DNA from: Prevotella sp.
GTDB taxonomy: Bacteria > Bacteroidota > Bacteroidia > Bacteroidales > Bacteroidaceae
Assembly: GCA_017412145.1 (NCBI GenBank)
Contig: JAFPYO010000025.1
Location: forward strand, 12,378-76,377
Length of the DNA: 64,000 nucleotides
Reading direction: 5' to 3'
Positions 1 to 7,191 of the stretch are shown piece by piece (positions within the stretch are counted from its first letter, which is position 1; each line of letters begins with the position of its first letter). A program made the translations under genes and the position numbers. The notes below the pieces were generated by a model, which worked only from the letters and a program-made list of their open reading frames with translations, had not been told where the DNA came from and did not search any database.

Positions 1-864
1 AAAATCAACGAGTTGAAACAGTTGGCTTTCGACCATATCAACGCGCTCAAGGAGCAACTGGAGAGTGGCGGCGACGAGGCCGACGACATCGACCTGACGC
101 GCACGCCCTACCCGATTCGACTGGGTACGCGCCATCCGCTGACCATCGTCAAGAACGAGATTATCGACATTTTCCAGCGCATGGGCTTCACGCTGGCCGA
201 AGGGCCTGAAATCGACGACGATTTGCACGTCTTTACAAAGCTGAACTTCGCCGCCGACCACCCTGCCCGCGACATGCAGGACACATTTTTCATCGAAACC
301 AACCCCGACGACGTGGCGAAGAACGTCATTCTGCGCTCGCACACGTCGAACGACCAAGCGCACTACATGGAGACGCACCAGCCGCCGATTCGGGTGATTT
401 GCCCGGGTCGCGTCTATCGCAACGAGGCCATTTCCGCCCGTGCCCACTGCTTTTTCCATCAGGTCGAGGGTCTTTACATCGACAAAAACGTCTCGTTCAC
501 CGATTTGAAGCAGGTGTTGCTGTCGTTTGCCCGCGAAATGTTCGGCGCCGACACGAAAATCCGCCTGCGTCCGTCGTATTTCCCCTTCACCGAGCCGAGT
601 GCCGAGATGGACATTTCGTGCCACATCTGCGGCGGCAAGGGCTGCGGCTTCTGCAAACACACGGGCTGGGTCGAGATTCTGGGCTGTGGCATGGTCGATC
701 CGAACGTGCTCGAGGCTTGTGGAATCGACAGCAGCGTATATACGGGCTATGCCTTCGGAATGGGTGTGGAGCGCATCACGAACCTGAAATATCGCGTGGC
801 AGACCTGCGAATGTTTTCGGAGAACGATACACGATTCTTGCGCGAATTTGAAGCGGCGAATTGA
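1..864 (+). CDS. pheS: Phenylalanine--tRNA ligase alpha subunit, 5' end outside window
   Basis: Frame open from base 1; class II aaRS motifs YFPFTEPSAEMDI and AFGMGVERIT; stop TGA 862-864. Confidence 0.9.
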   Translation, partial: KINELKQLAFDHINALKEQLESGGDEADDIDLTRTPYPIRLGTRHPLTIVKNEIIDIFQRMGFTLAEGPEIDDDLHVFTKLNFAADHPARDMQDTFFIETNPDDVAKNVILRSHTSNDQAHYMETHQPPIRVICPGRVYRNEAISARAHCFFHQVEGLYIDKNVSFTDLKQVLLSFAREMFGADTKIRLRPSYFPFTEPSAEMDISCHICGGKGCGFCKHTGWVEILGCGMVDPNVLEACGIDSSVYTGYAFGMGVERITNLKYRVADLRMFSENDTRFLREFEAAN

Positions 865-2174
865 ATTTAAGGGGAGTGAAACGGCTTTTTTATATCATCG
901 TTTTCGGACTTTTGACTGTCGCGATTTCGGCGTTCGCAGAAGAAACCGACTCGCTGGCGAATCACTCGAAAGTGCCTTTCTCACGACATTTCGGTTATAC
1001 GCTGAGCGTTTCGCCGGGTCGCGTCATCGTGATGGATGAATGGCAGAAAAAATGGCAAAAAAACACGAAGACCATCGCGTTTGCCATCGAAGCGAACTAC
1101 GCTGCCTTGCCGCAAGACAACGACGATTTTGCCATCGATTACAATTATCCAACGCTGGATTTCGGCCTGAAATTCAACCTGAACGATGTGACGATGCACC
1201 GCTCGCCCGACGAGGCTTGGGGAATGGCCAAAGAGGTTGATTACGACTCGAAACTGGGCAACATCGCCACGCTTTACGCCACTTTCACCCGTCCGATTTA
1301 CCGAAACAACCGTTGGATGTTCGATTATACGCTCGGAACGGGCATCGGCTACGGCAAACACAAATACAGCCGTGGCAACAACATCGACAACGAACTGACG
1401 GGCTCGCGCTTCCTCATTTATTTCACGGGCGGCCTGCACGCCACCTATCGCTTCGCCGACGACTGGGGAATGATGGGCGGCGTTGAGTTCTACCACCACA
1501 GCAACGGTGCGCTGAACCGTCCGAACAAGGGTGTGAACATCGTCGGGCCAGTCGTGGGACTGCGCTATATGCCGTATTGGAAGGAAATCAGGAGTGAAGG
1601 AGTGAAGGAGTTGGGGAGTAAGGAGGCATTTCAGAAGCGGTTTTACGCCAATTTCACGTTGGGTGTGGGTGGAAAAACACTGAACGAAGACTGGCAACTG
1701 ACGCAATTCCAAACGCCGCCCGATTCGCCCGACTATCGCACGGGACGCTTCCGTTTCTATATGGCCTATTCCGCGCAGGCCGACATTATGTATCGCTATG
1801 CCCGCCGTTGGGCATCGGGCATCGGAGCCGACCTCTTCTACGGCACCTACGCCGACCGCGTCCGCGACATCGAAACCATTCAAAATTCAACATTCAAAAT
1901 TCAACATTCAAAAGTTTCCCCTTGGTCCTTCGGCCTCGCCCTGAAGCATCAAGTCTATTACCACAACCTTTCCGTCGCCATGTCGCTCGGCTACTACCTC
2001 TATCGCCAGATGGGTCGGAACGCGAAGGAAATCGAACAGCCCTACTACGAGCGCATCGGCATCCACTACACCATTCCGTCGCTTCGCAACCTCACCGTCG
2101 GCTTCAACATCAAGGCACACCTCACGAAAGCCGACCTCACCGAACTCGTTGTCAGTTATCCCGTCGATTTATAG
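861..2174 (+). CDS. Outer-membrane acyloxyacyl hydrolase / lipid A deacylase (PagL-like) family protein
   Basis: Signal peptide MNLRGVKRLFYIIVFGLLTVAISAFA; aromatic-rich beta-barrel-like composition; FYHHSNGALN motif resembling PagL-type His/Ser site; start TTG 861 or GTG 876. Confidence 0.45.
   Translation: MNLRGVKRLFYIIVFGLLTVAISAFAEETDSLANHSKVPFSRHFGYTLSVSPGRVIVMDEWQKKWQKNTKTIAFAIEANYAALPQDNDDFAIDYNYPTLDFGLKFNLNDVTMHRSPDEAWGMAKEVDYDSKLGNIATLYATFTRPIYRNNRWMFDYTLGTGIGYGKHKYSRGNNIDNELTGSRFLIYFTGGLHATYRFADDWGMMGGVEFYHHSNGALNRPNKGVNIVGPVVGLRYMPYWKEIRSEGVKELGSKEAFQKRFYANFTLGVGGKTLNEDWQLTQFQTPPDSPDYRTGRFRFYMAYSAQADIMYRYARRWASGIGADLFYGTYADRVRDIETIQNSTFKIQHSKVSPWSFGLALKHQVYYHNLSVAMSLGYYLYRQMGRNAKEIEQPYYERIGIHYTIPSLRNLTVGFNIKAHLTKADLTELVVSYPVDL
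1591..1626. repeat. C-free purine-rich word tract (GGAGTGAAGG family), in frame in CDS
   Basis: ggagtgaaggagtgaaggagttggggagtaaggagg contains no C; 8-nt stutter; encodes SEGVKELGSKE; near-identical copy at 41245-41275. Confidence 0.8.
1877..1913. repeat. Tandem 14-mer CATTCAAAATTCAA (2.6 copies), in frame in CDS
   Basis: G-free stretch 1873-1913; encodes IQNSTFKIQHSK; same word recurs in intergenic 6827-6893. Confidence 0.8.
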
Positions 2175-2269
2175 AATCTTTTTTGTTTAGGCTCGTTAAA
2201 GCGAGGGGCGAAATTGTTAAATAGGAATAAAGAAGCGTGACAAATTGGCAGATTAACAATTTTTGCACC

Positions 2270-2277
2270 TAAATTTG
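2270..2277 (+). promoter_or_regulatory. Bacteroidota sigma-A -7 box (TAnnTTTG) for htrA
   Basis: TAAATTTG about 105 nt upstream of htrA ATG. Confidence 0.4.
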
Positions 2278-2323
2278 CATCCCGAAAATAAACGATGGCG
2301 GAAAAAATCCGTCAATTCAGTTG

Positions 2324-2359
2324 GATTTCGGAAGAAAAATCGATTTCAGAAGAAAAATG
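2324..2359 (+). repeat. Tandem 18-nt direct repeat in htrA leader
   Basis: gatttcggaagaaaaatc / gatttcagaagaaaaatg, 16/18 identical, adjacent, between -7 box and ATG. Confidence 0.6.
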
Positions 2360-2383
2360 TTGAACTTTTAATACGAAAAGACA

Positions 2384-3844
2384 ATGAAAAAGTATCAGAA
2401 ATTGTTGCTGAGCGCCATGTGCGTGGTCGCACTGGGGCTCTCCGCCGGAACATTCATCAAAGTGAATGCCGCAAGCGGCCCTGTGGTCGCAGTTGCAGGA
2501 CAACCCGTCGATTTGACCTATGCAGCCGACAAGGCGTTGCCCGCCGTAGTGCATATTAAATATGTGCAAAACTCGAAGACGCAAACCGTCAGAATGCAAA
2601 GCAATCCGTTTGAAGACTTCTTCAACGACCCGTTCGGATTCTTCGGAACACCGCAGGGCGGCACGCGCGAGCGCCAGATTCAGACCCCGAAGCGCACGGC
2701 TACGGGTTCGGGCGTGATTATTTCGTCCGACGGCTACATCGTCACGAACAACCACGTCGTGGCCGATGCCGACGAACTCACCGTGACGCTCAACGACAAT
2801 CGCGAATTCTCGGCCCGCATCATCGGCACTGACCAGACGACCGACCTCGCCCTCATCAAAATCGACGGCAAGAGCCTGCCCGCCATCGCCATCGCCAACA
2901 GCGACGACCTGAAAGTGGGCGAATGGGTGCTGGCAGTCGGCAATCCGCTCGGACTGAACAACACGGTGACGGCTGGAATCGTGTCGGCAAAGGCTCGCTC
3001 GATTGGTGCCAACGGCGTGGAGTCGTTCATCCAGACCGATGCCGCCATCAACCAAGGCAACTCGGGCGGTGCACTTGTCAATACACGCGGCGAACTCGTC
3101 GGCATCAACGCCATGCTGGCATCGCCCACGGGCTCGAACATCGGCTACGGATTCGCCATCCCCACGACGATTATGAACAAAGTCGTGGCCGACATCAAGG
3201 AATATGGCACCGTGCAGCGTGCGCTGCTCGGCATTCAGGGCGGCGACGTGCTGAACTACATCAACAGCGAGAAAGAGAAAGACAACGAAGTCGATTTAGG
3301 CACAAATGAAGGCGTTTATGTCGCGAAAGTCGAGACCGACGGCGCAGGTGCCGATGCCGGACTCGAAAAGGGCGACGTCATCACCCACATCGACGGCAAG
3401 AAGGTCACGAAGATGAGCGAAATGCAGGAGATTATGTACAACAAGCGCCCGGGCGACAAGGTTTCCATCACCTATCTCCACAACAAGAAGAAAGTGACGA
3501 AAACTGTGACGCTGAAGAACGCGCAGGGCAACACGAAGGTTGTGAAACAGGCCGATATGGACGTGCTCGGAGCCGACGTGCGCCCCATCACCTCGCAGCA
3601 GAAAGAACAGCTCAACATCAGCTACGGACTGGAGGTCATCAAGGTGAACAACGGTAAACTGAAAGACACCGGCATCACCAAGGGATTCATCATCCAAAAA
3701 GTGAACGACGAGGCGATGAAGTCGGTTGAAGACCTGCAAAAAACCGTCAAGGAAACTTCGACTAGCAAAGAGCCCGTGCTGGTGATTCGCGGCCTCTATC
3801 CGACTGGCAAGAAGGCTTACTTCGTGGTCGATCTCGAAAATTAA
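2384..3844 (+). CDS. htrA: Periplasmic serine endoprotease, HtrA/DegP/DegQ family
   Basis: Signal peptide; catalytic triad contexts TNNHVV, TDLALIK, GNSGGALVN; C-terminal PDZ-like region. Confidence 0.9.
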   Translation: MKKYQKLLLSAMCVVALGLSAGTFIKVNAASGPVVAVAGQPVDLTYAADKALPAVVHIKYVQNSKTQTVRMQSNPFEDFFNDPFGFFGTPQGGTRERQIQTPKRTATGSGVIISSDGYIVTNNHVVADADELTVTLNDNREFSARIIGTDQTTDLALIKIDGKSLPAIAIANSDDLKVGEWVLAVGNPLGLNNTVTAGIVSAKARSIGANGVESFIQTDAAINQGNSGGALVNTRGELVGINAMLASPTGSNIGYGFAIPTTIMNKVVADIKEYGTVQRALLGIQGGDVLNYINSEKEKDNEVDLGTNEGVYVAKVETDGAGADAGLEKGDVITHIDGKKVTKMSEMQEIMYNKRPGDKVSITYLHNKKKVTKTVTLKNAQGNTKVVKQADMDVLGADVRPITSQQKEQLNISYGLEVIKVNNGKLKDTGITKGFIIQKVNDEAMKSVEDLQKTVKETSTSKEPVLVIRGLYPTGKKAYFVVDLEN

Positions 3845-3864
3845 AACCGAATTTCTAAGAGCAA

Positions 3865-3907
3865 AAAAGTGGGAATAGCAATTATTTCCACTTTTCTTCG
3901 TTTTTTT
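3865..3907 (+). terminator. Rho-independent terminator after htrA
   Basis: aaaagtgggaata / tatttccactttt stem (one mismatch) followed by T-rich run. Confidence 0.5.
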
Positions 3908-3920
3908 CGCAAAAAAAGCG

Positions 3921-3928
3921 TAATTTTG
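3921..3928 (+). promoter_or_regulatory. -7 box (TAATTTTG) for rpoD
   Basis: TAATTTTG 23 nt upstream of ATG 3951. Confidence 0.5.
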
Positions 3929-3950
3929 CAACTTAAAAACTGAAAAGAAT

Positions 3951-4814
3951 ATGAGACAACTGAAAATCAACAAGCAAATCACGAACCGAGAGAGTGCGTC
4001 GCTCGAAAAATACCTTCAAGAAATCGGACACGAGGAATTGCTCTCGCCCGAGGAGGAGGTGGAGTTGGCGCAGCGCATTCACAAGGGCGACCGCGACGCG
4101 CTGGAACGCCTGACGAAAGCCAATCTGCGGTTTGTCGTTTCAGTTGCCAAGCAATACCAAAACCAAGGGCTGAGCCTCGCCGACCTCATCAACGAAGGGA
4201 ATGTCGGGCTCATCAAAGCTGCCGAGAAATTCGACGAGACACGCGGTTTTAAGTTCATTTCCTATGCCGTGTGGTGGATTCGGCAGTCGATTATGCAAGC
4301 CATCGCCGAACAGAGCCGATTGGTGAAATTGCCGCTGAATCAGGTGAATTCGGTGAATAAAATCAACAAAATGCTCAGCAAGTTCGAACAGGAGAACGAA
4401 CGGCGACCGAGCATCGACGAAATCGCCGAGAACATCGACTTGGACGAGGAGAAAATCGCCGAAGCCATCAGAAATGCGAGCCGCCACGTGTCGATGGACG
4501 CGCCGTTCTCGAATGGCGACGAAAACAGCCTGCTCGACGTGATGCCCAACGCCGACGCACCACTGGCCGACAATCTGGTGGAAATGGAGTCGTTGCGCGA
4601 CGAAATCGCTGCGGCACTCAAGACGCTGAACGAGCGCGAGCGCAAGGTTTTGGAGGCATTCTACGGCATCGGACAACCCGAAATGACGCTCGACGAAATC
4701 GGCAGAAGTTTGGGGCTGACCCGCGAGCGCGTGCGGCAAATTCGCCAGAAAGCGATTCGCCAACTGCGGAAAAACACGAAAAACAAAGCGCTGAAAGCGT
4801 ATCTTGGACGGTGA
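3951..4814 (+). CDS. rpoD: RNA polymerase primary sigma factor (sigma-70 family, Bacteroidota SigA type)
   Basis: Region 2 [10 protein letters not shown], region 4.2 [28 protein letters not shown]; 287 aa, short N-terminus typical of Bacteroidota. Confidence 0.9.
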   Translation: MRQLKINKQITNRESASLEKYLQEIGHEELLSPEEEVELAQRIHKGDRDALERLTKANLRFVVSVAKQYQNQGLSLADLINEGNVGLIKAAEKFDETRGFKFISYAVWWIRQSIMQAIAEQSRLVKLPLNQVNSVNKINKMLSKFEQENERRPSIDEIAENIDLDEEKIAEAIRNASRHVSMDAPFSNGDENSLLDVMPNADAPLADNLVEMESLRDEIAAALKTLNERERKVLEAFYGIGQPEMTLDEIGRSLGLTRERVRQIRQKAIRQLRKNTKNKALKAYLGR

Positions 4815-4819
4815 TTTTC

Positions 4820-4864
4820 GTGGAGTGTGGAGTGTGAAGTGAAAAGTGAATAAAAATAATATGA
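4820..4864. repeat. C-free word tract (GGAGTGTGAAGTG family) filling rpoD-downstream spacer
   Basis: gtggagtgtggagtgtgaagtgaaaagtgaataaaaataatatga has no C; shares ggagtgtgaagtg with reverse strand of 19969-20000. Confidence 0.8.
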
Positions 4865-5466
4865 CAAAAATGACAAAAAATCTACTGGCAGCACTGCTGC
4901 TGACGGCGGCGACAATGCTTCCGAGCGAGGCGTTCGGCATCAACAGACCGACGAAAGTCTATATGTTCGGATTCGCCACGTCGTTTAACGATTCGACGGT
5001 GTATCTCACTGATATTCAACAAGTTGATACGGCTTGGATTGACACCAGAACCGATTTCATCTATGGTCGTCAAGACTTCTCGTATCAGTTTGCCGAGCAT
5101 CTTCGCAGCGACGAGAATCCGTATCCGACAGCCCTCGTCATCTTCGCCGAGAAGCGTAAGGACATCGAGAAAAAATACCTGAAACTTAGGAAGCGCTACA
5201 CCACGGCGAAAAAAGGTCGTTTCACGCTCAAAAACATCGACGTGAACACCTTCCGATTCAAAAGTGTCAAGCCCGACAAGCCCGAAGAAACTTACACGAA
5301 GAAACAGTTGAAGGAGGCCATCAAAAAAGAGAAAAACGAGCTTAAACAGAAGCAAAAAGAAGCAAAAAAACTGTTGAAAGCCGACCAAAAAGCCAAGAAA
5401 GAAGCCACGAAAAAGGCAATGGCCGAGGCCAAACAACGGGCAAAAGAACTTAAAAACAAAAAGTAA
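4861..5466 (+). CDS. Secreted hypothetical protein with Lys/Glu-rich C-terminal tail
   Basis: Signal peptide LLAALLLTAATMLPSEAFG; C-terminal KKEKNELKQKQKEAKKLLKADQKAKKEATKK; ATG 4861 or 4870 preferred over GTG 4846; stop overlaps next ATG (TAATG). Confidence 0.6.
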   Translation: MTKMTKNLLAALLLTAATMLPSEAFGINRPTKVYMFGFATSFNDSTVYLTDIQQVDTAWIDTRTDFIYGRQDFSYQFAEHLRSDENPYPTALVIFAEKRKDIEKKYLKLRKRYTTAKKGRFTLKNIDVNTFRFKSVKPDKPEETYTKKQLKEAIKKEKNELKQKQKEAKKLLKADQKAKKEATKKAMAEAKQRAKELKNKK

Positions 5467-6350
5467 TGAGCATCAACGATTTCCGCGTGGCCGAGCACGA
5501 CATCCGAATCATCTTCAAAGACTCGGACAAGAACGGAATGCACCTGCTGCCGTCGTTTGAGCCGTTTCGCGCCAAGAACGACGGGCAGAATCTCTTCTTC
5601 CACCTGACCATCGACGACACGCTGCGCCCCATTCCCAAGGCACAGCGCGAGCGCATCCGCACCTTCGACACGGGCAATGGCGACACGGTGGTCGATCAGA
5701 CGGCCGACGGCGGCTATCAGTACATCATCAAAGACCTGCGCGGCCACGAATGTTGCCTGCTCATCGCCAACAAAGACTTCAGCGAATGCCATTGCGCCCT
5801 TAACGGCTCGTACAATATGCGGAAATTCGGCCTCAACAACGCGCTGATGCTGATTTTCGCCTTCGCTGGCAGCCAACAAGACACGCTGCTCATCCACGCC
5901 TCGCTCGTCAGACAAAACGGCTACGGCTATCCCTTCATCGCCAAAAGCGGAACGGGAAAAAGCACACAAGTGAGTATGTGGCTGCGCCATATTCCAGGCT
6001 GCGACCTGATGAACGACGACAACCCGATTATTCGCATCATCGACGGCGAAGCCTATATTTTCGGCGGTCCGTGGAGCGGAAAAACGCCCTGCTACCGCAA
6101 TGTGAAGGCCAAACTTGGTGCCATCACGCGCATCGACCGAGCCGAAGAAAACAGCATTGAAAAACTGCCGCCTGTCGAAGCCTTTGCCTCGTTCCTGCCG
6201 TCGTGTTCAACGATGAAATGGGACGAAGACATTTTTGAGCGCATCTGCGACACGGTGACGCGCATCATCGAACTGACACCGATTTACACACTGCACTGCC
6301 TACCCAACAAAGAAGCCGCCATCCTATGCAACAAAGCCATCTCAAGGTAA
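5466..6350 (+). CDS. HPr kinase C-terminal-domain-like P-loop protein (HprK-related)
   Basis: LIHASLV...GYGYPFIAKSGTGKSTQ...LMNDDNP matches HprK C-domain pattern (H.s.v...g.G.li.G.SG.GKS....l..DD). Confidence 0.55.
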   Translation: MSINDFRVAEHDIRIIFKDSDKNGMHLLPSFEPFRAKNDGQNLFFHLTIDDTLRPIPKAQRERIRTFDTGNGDTVVDQTADGGYQYIIKDLRGHECCLLIANKDFSECHCALNGSYNMRKFGLNNALMLIFAFAGSQQDTLLIHASLVRQNGYGYPFIAKSGTGKSTQVSMWLRHIPGCDLMNDDNPIIRIIDGEAYIFGGPWSGKTPCYRNVKAKLGAITRIDRAEENSIEKLPPVEAFASFLPSCSTMKWDEDIFERICDTVTRIIELTPIYTLHCLPNKEAAILCNKAISR

Positions 6351-6811
6351 GGGAAATCAAGTTGTCGAACGCCGAATTTCTGCCAGAAATCGTGAAACTG
6401 ATGGACGAGGGTCACACCGTGACGCTTCGCCTGCGCGGTTTCAGTATGCGCCCGTTTCTCGAGGACAATCGCGACAAGGCACTGATGACAAAGGCGACGA
6501 ATCCGAAGGTGGGCGACCCTGTGTTGGCGGAAGTCGATCCGAAACATTTCGTGCTGCACCGCATCATCGCCATCGACGGCGACCACGTGACACTGCGCGG
6601 CGACGGCAATCTGGGCGATGAACATTGCACACTCGCCGACGTGAAAGGCGCGGTCATCGGCTTCTATCGCAAGGGGCGCACGACGCTCGACCGCACCGAC
6701 GGCTGGAAATGGCGCACGTATTCGTACTTCTGGATGCGACTCTACCCTGTTCGCCGCTATTTGCTGGCATTTTATCGCAGAATTTGGCTGAAACTTTTCC
6801 AGAAAAAGTGA
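6326..6811 (+). CDS. S24/S26 (LexA / signal peptidase I-like) family peptidase
   Basis: GFSMRPFL nucleophile motif, then VGDPVLAEV...FVLHRIIAIDGDHVTLRGDGN resembling the S24/S26 core; overlaps upstream gene by 25 nt. Confidence 0.55.
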   Translation: MQQSHLKVREIKLSNAEFLPEIVKLMDEGHTVTLRLRGFSMRPFLEDNRDKALMTKATNPKVGDPVLAEVDPKHFVLHRIIAIDGDHVTLRGDGNLGDEHCTLADVKGAVIGFYRKGRTTLDRTDGWKWRTYSYFWMRLYPVRRYLLAFYRRIWLKLFQKK

Positions 6812-6826
6812 ATAATAAATTCGTCA

Positions 6827-6893
6827 CTCAAAATTCAACATCGGCGCAGCCGACAATTCAAAATTCAACCGTCAAAATTCAAAATTCAACAAT
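6827..6893. repeat. ATTCAAAATTCAAC word copies flanking a small hairpin, S24-PqqD spacer
   Basis: ctcaaaattcaaca, hairpin tcggc-gca-gccga (6841-6853), caattcaaaattcaacc, gtcaaaattcaaaattcaac directly before ATG 6894. Confidence 0.8.
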
Positions 6894-7166
6894 ATGAAAG
6901 CAAAAAAAGGTTTTAATCTGAGAAACGTCTGCGGCGAACAAATCATCGTGGCAGAAGGTAAGGAAAACATCGACTTTTCCAACATTATCAGTATGAATGA
7001 GAGTTCGGCCTACCTGTGGAAAAACGTGCAGCAACTGCCCGAGTTCAACTGCGAAAAGTTGGCTGAATTGCTCACCGAACAATATGAAATCGACTTCGAA
7101 ACGGCCTTGGAAGATGCAAAAACGCTGTCGCAACAGTGGCTTGAGGCTGGAATTATCGAAGCGTAG
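6894..7166 (+). CDS. PqqD family protein (RiPP recognition element-like chaperone)
   Basis: 90 aa; FNLRNVCGEQIIV....MNESSAYLWKNV....LAELLTEQYEIDFETALEDAKTLSQQWLEAGIIE fits PqqD pattern. Confidence 0.65.
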   Translation: MKAKKGFNLRNVCGEQIIVAEGKENIDFSNIISMNESSAYLWKNVQQLPEFNCEKLAELLTEQYEIDFETALEDAKTLSQQWLEAGIIEA

Positions 7167-7191
7167 TTTTTAGCATTAAAAAGTTCGGAAA

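Noticed and set aside
1591-1626. Purine-rich GGAG/AAGGAGG words acting as Shine-Dalgarno sites for internal or downstream starts
   Set aside because: Several copies are deep inside continuous ORFs with no downstream start codon in a sensible context. Bacteroidota generally do not rely on SD pairing. The resemblance to SD is noted but not called a ribosome-binding site.
5290-5466. The Lys/Glu-rich low-complexity tail as a separate gene or repeat element
   Set aside because: It is continuous with the upstream signal-peptide-bearing ORF and has no DNA-level tandem periodicity. It is treated as the C-terminal tail of that protein.
4861-7166. A canonical lasso-peptide biosynthetic cluster
   Set aside because: No asparagine-synthetase-like cyclase, transglutaminase-like B2 protease, ABC exporter or precursor ORF is visible. 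Only the PqqD and kinase-like parts match, so it is reported as an orphan module instead.
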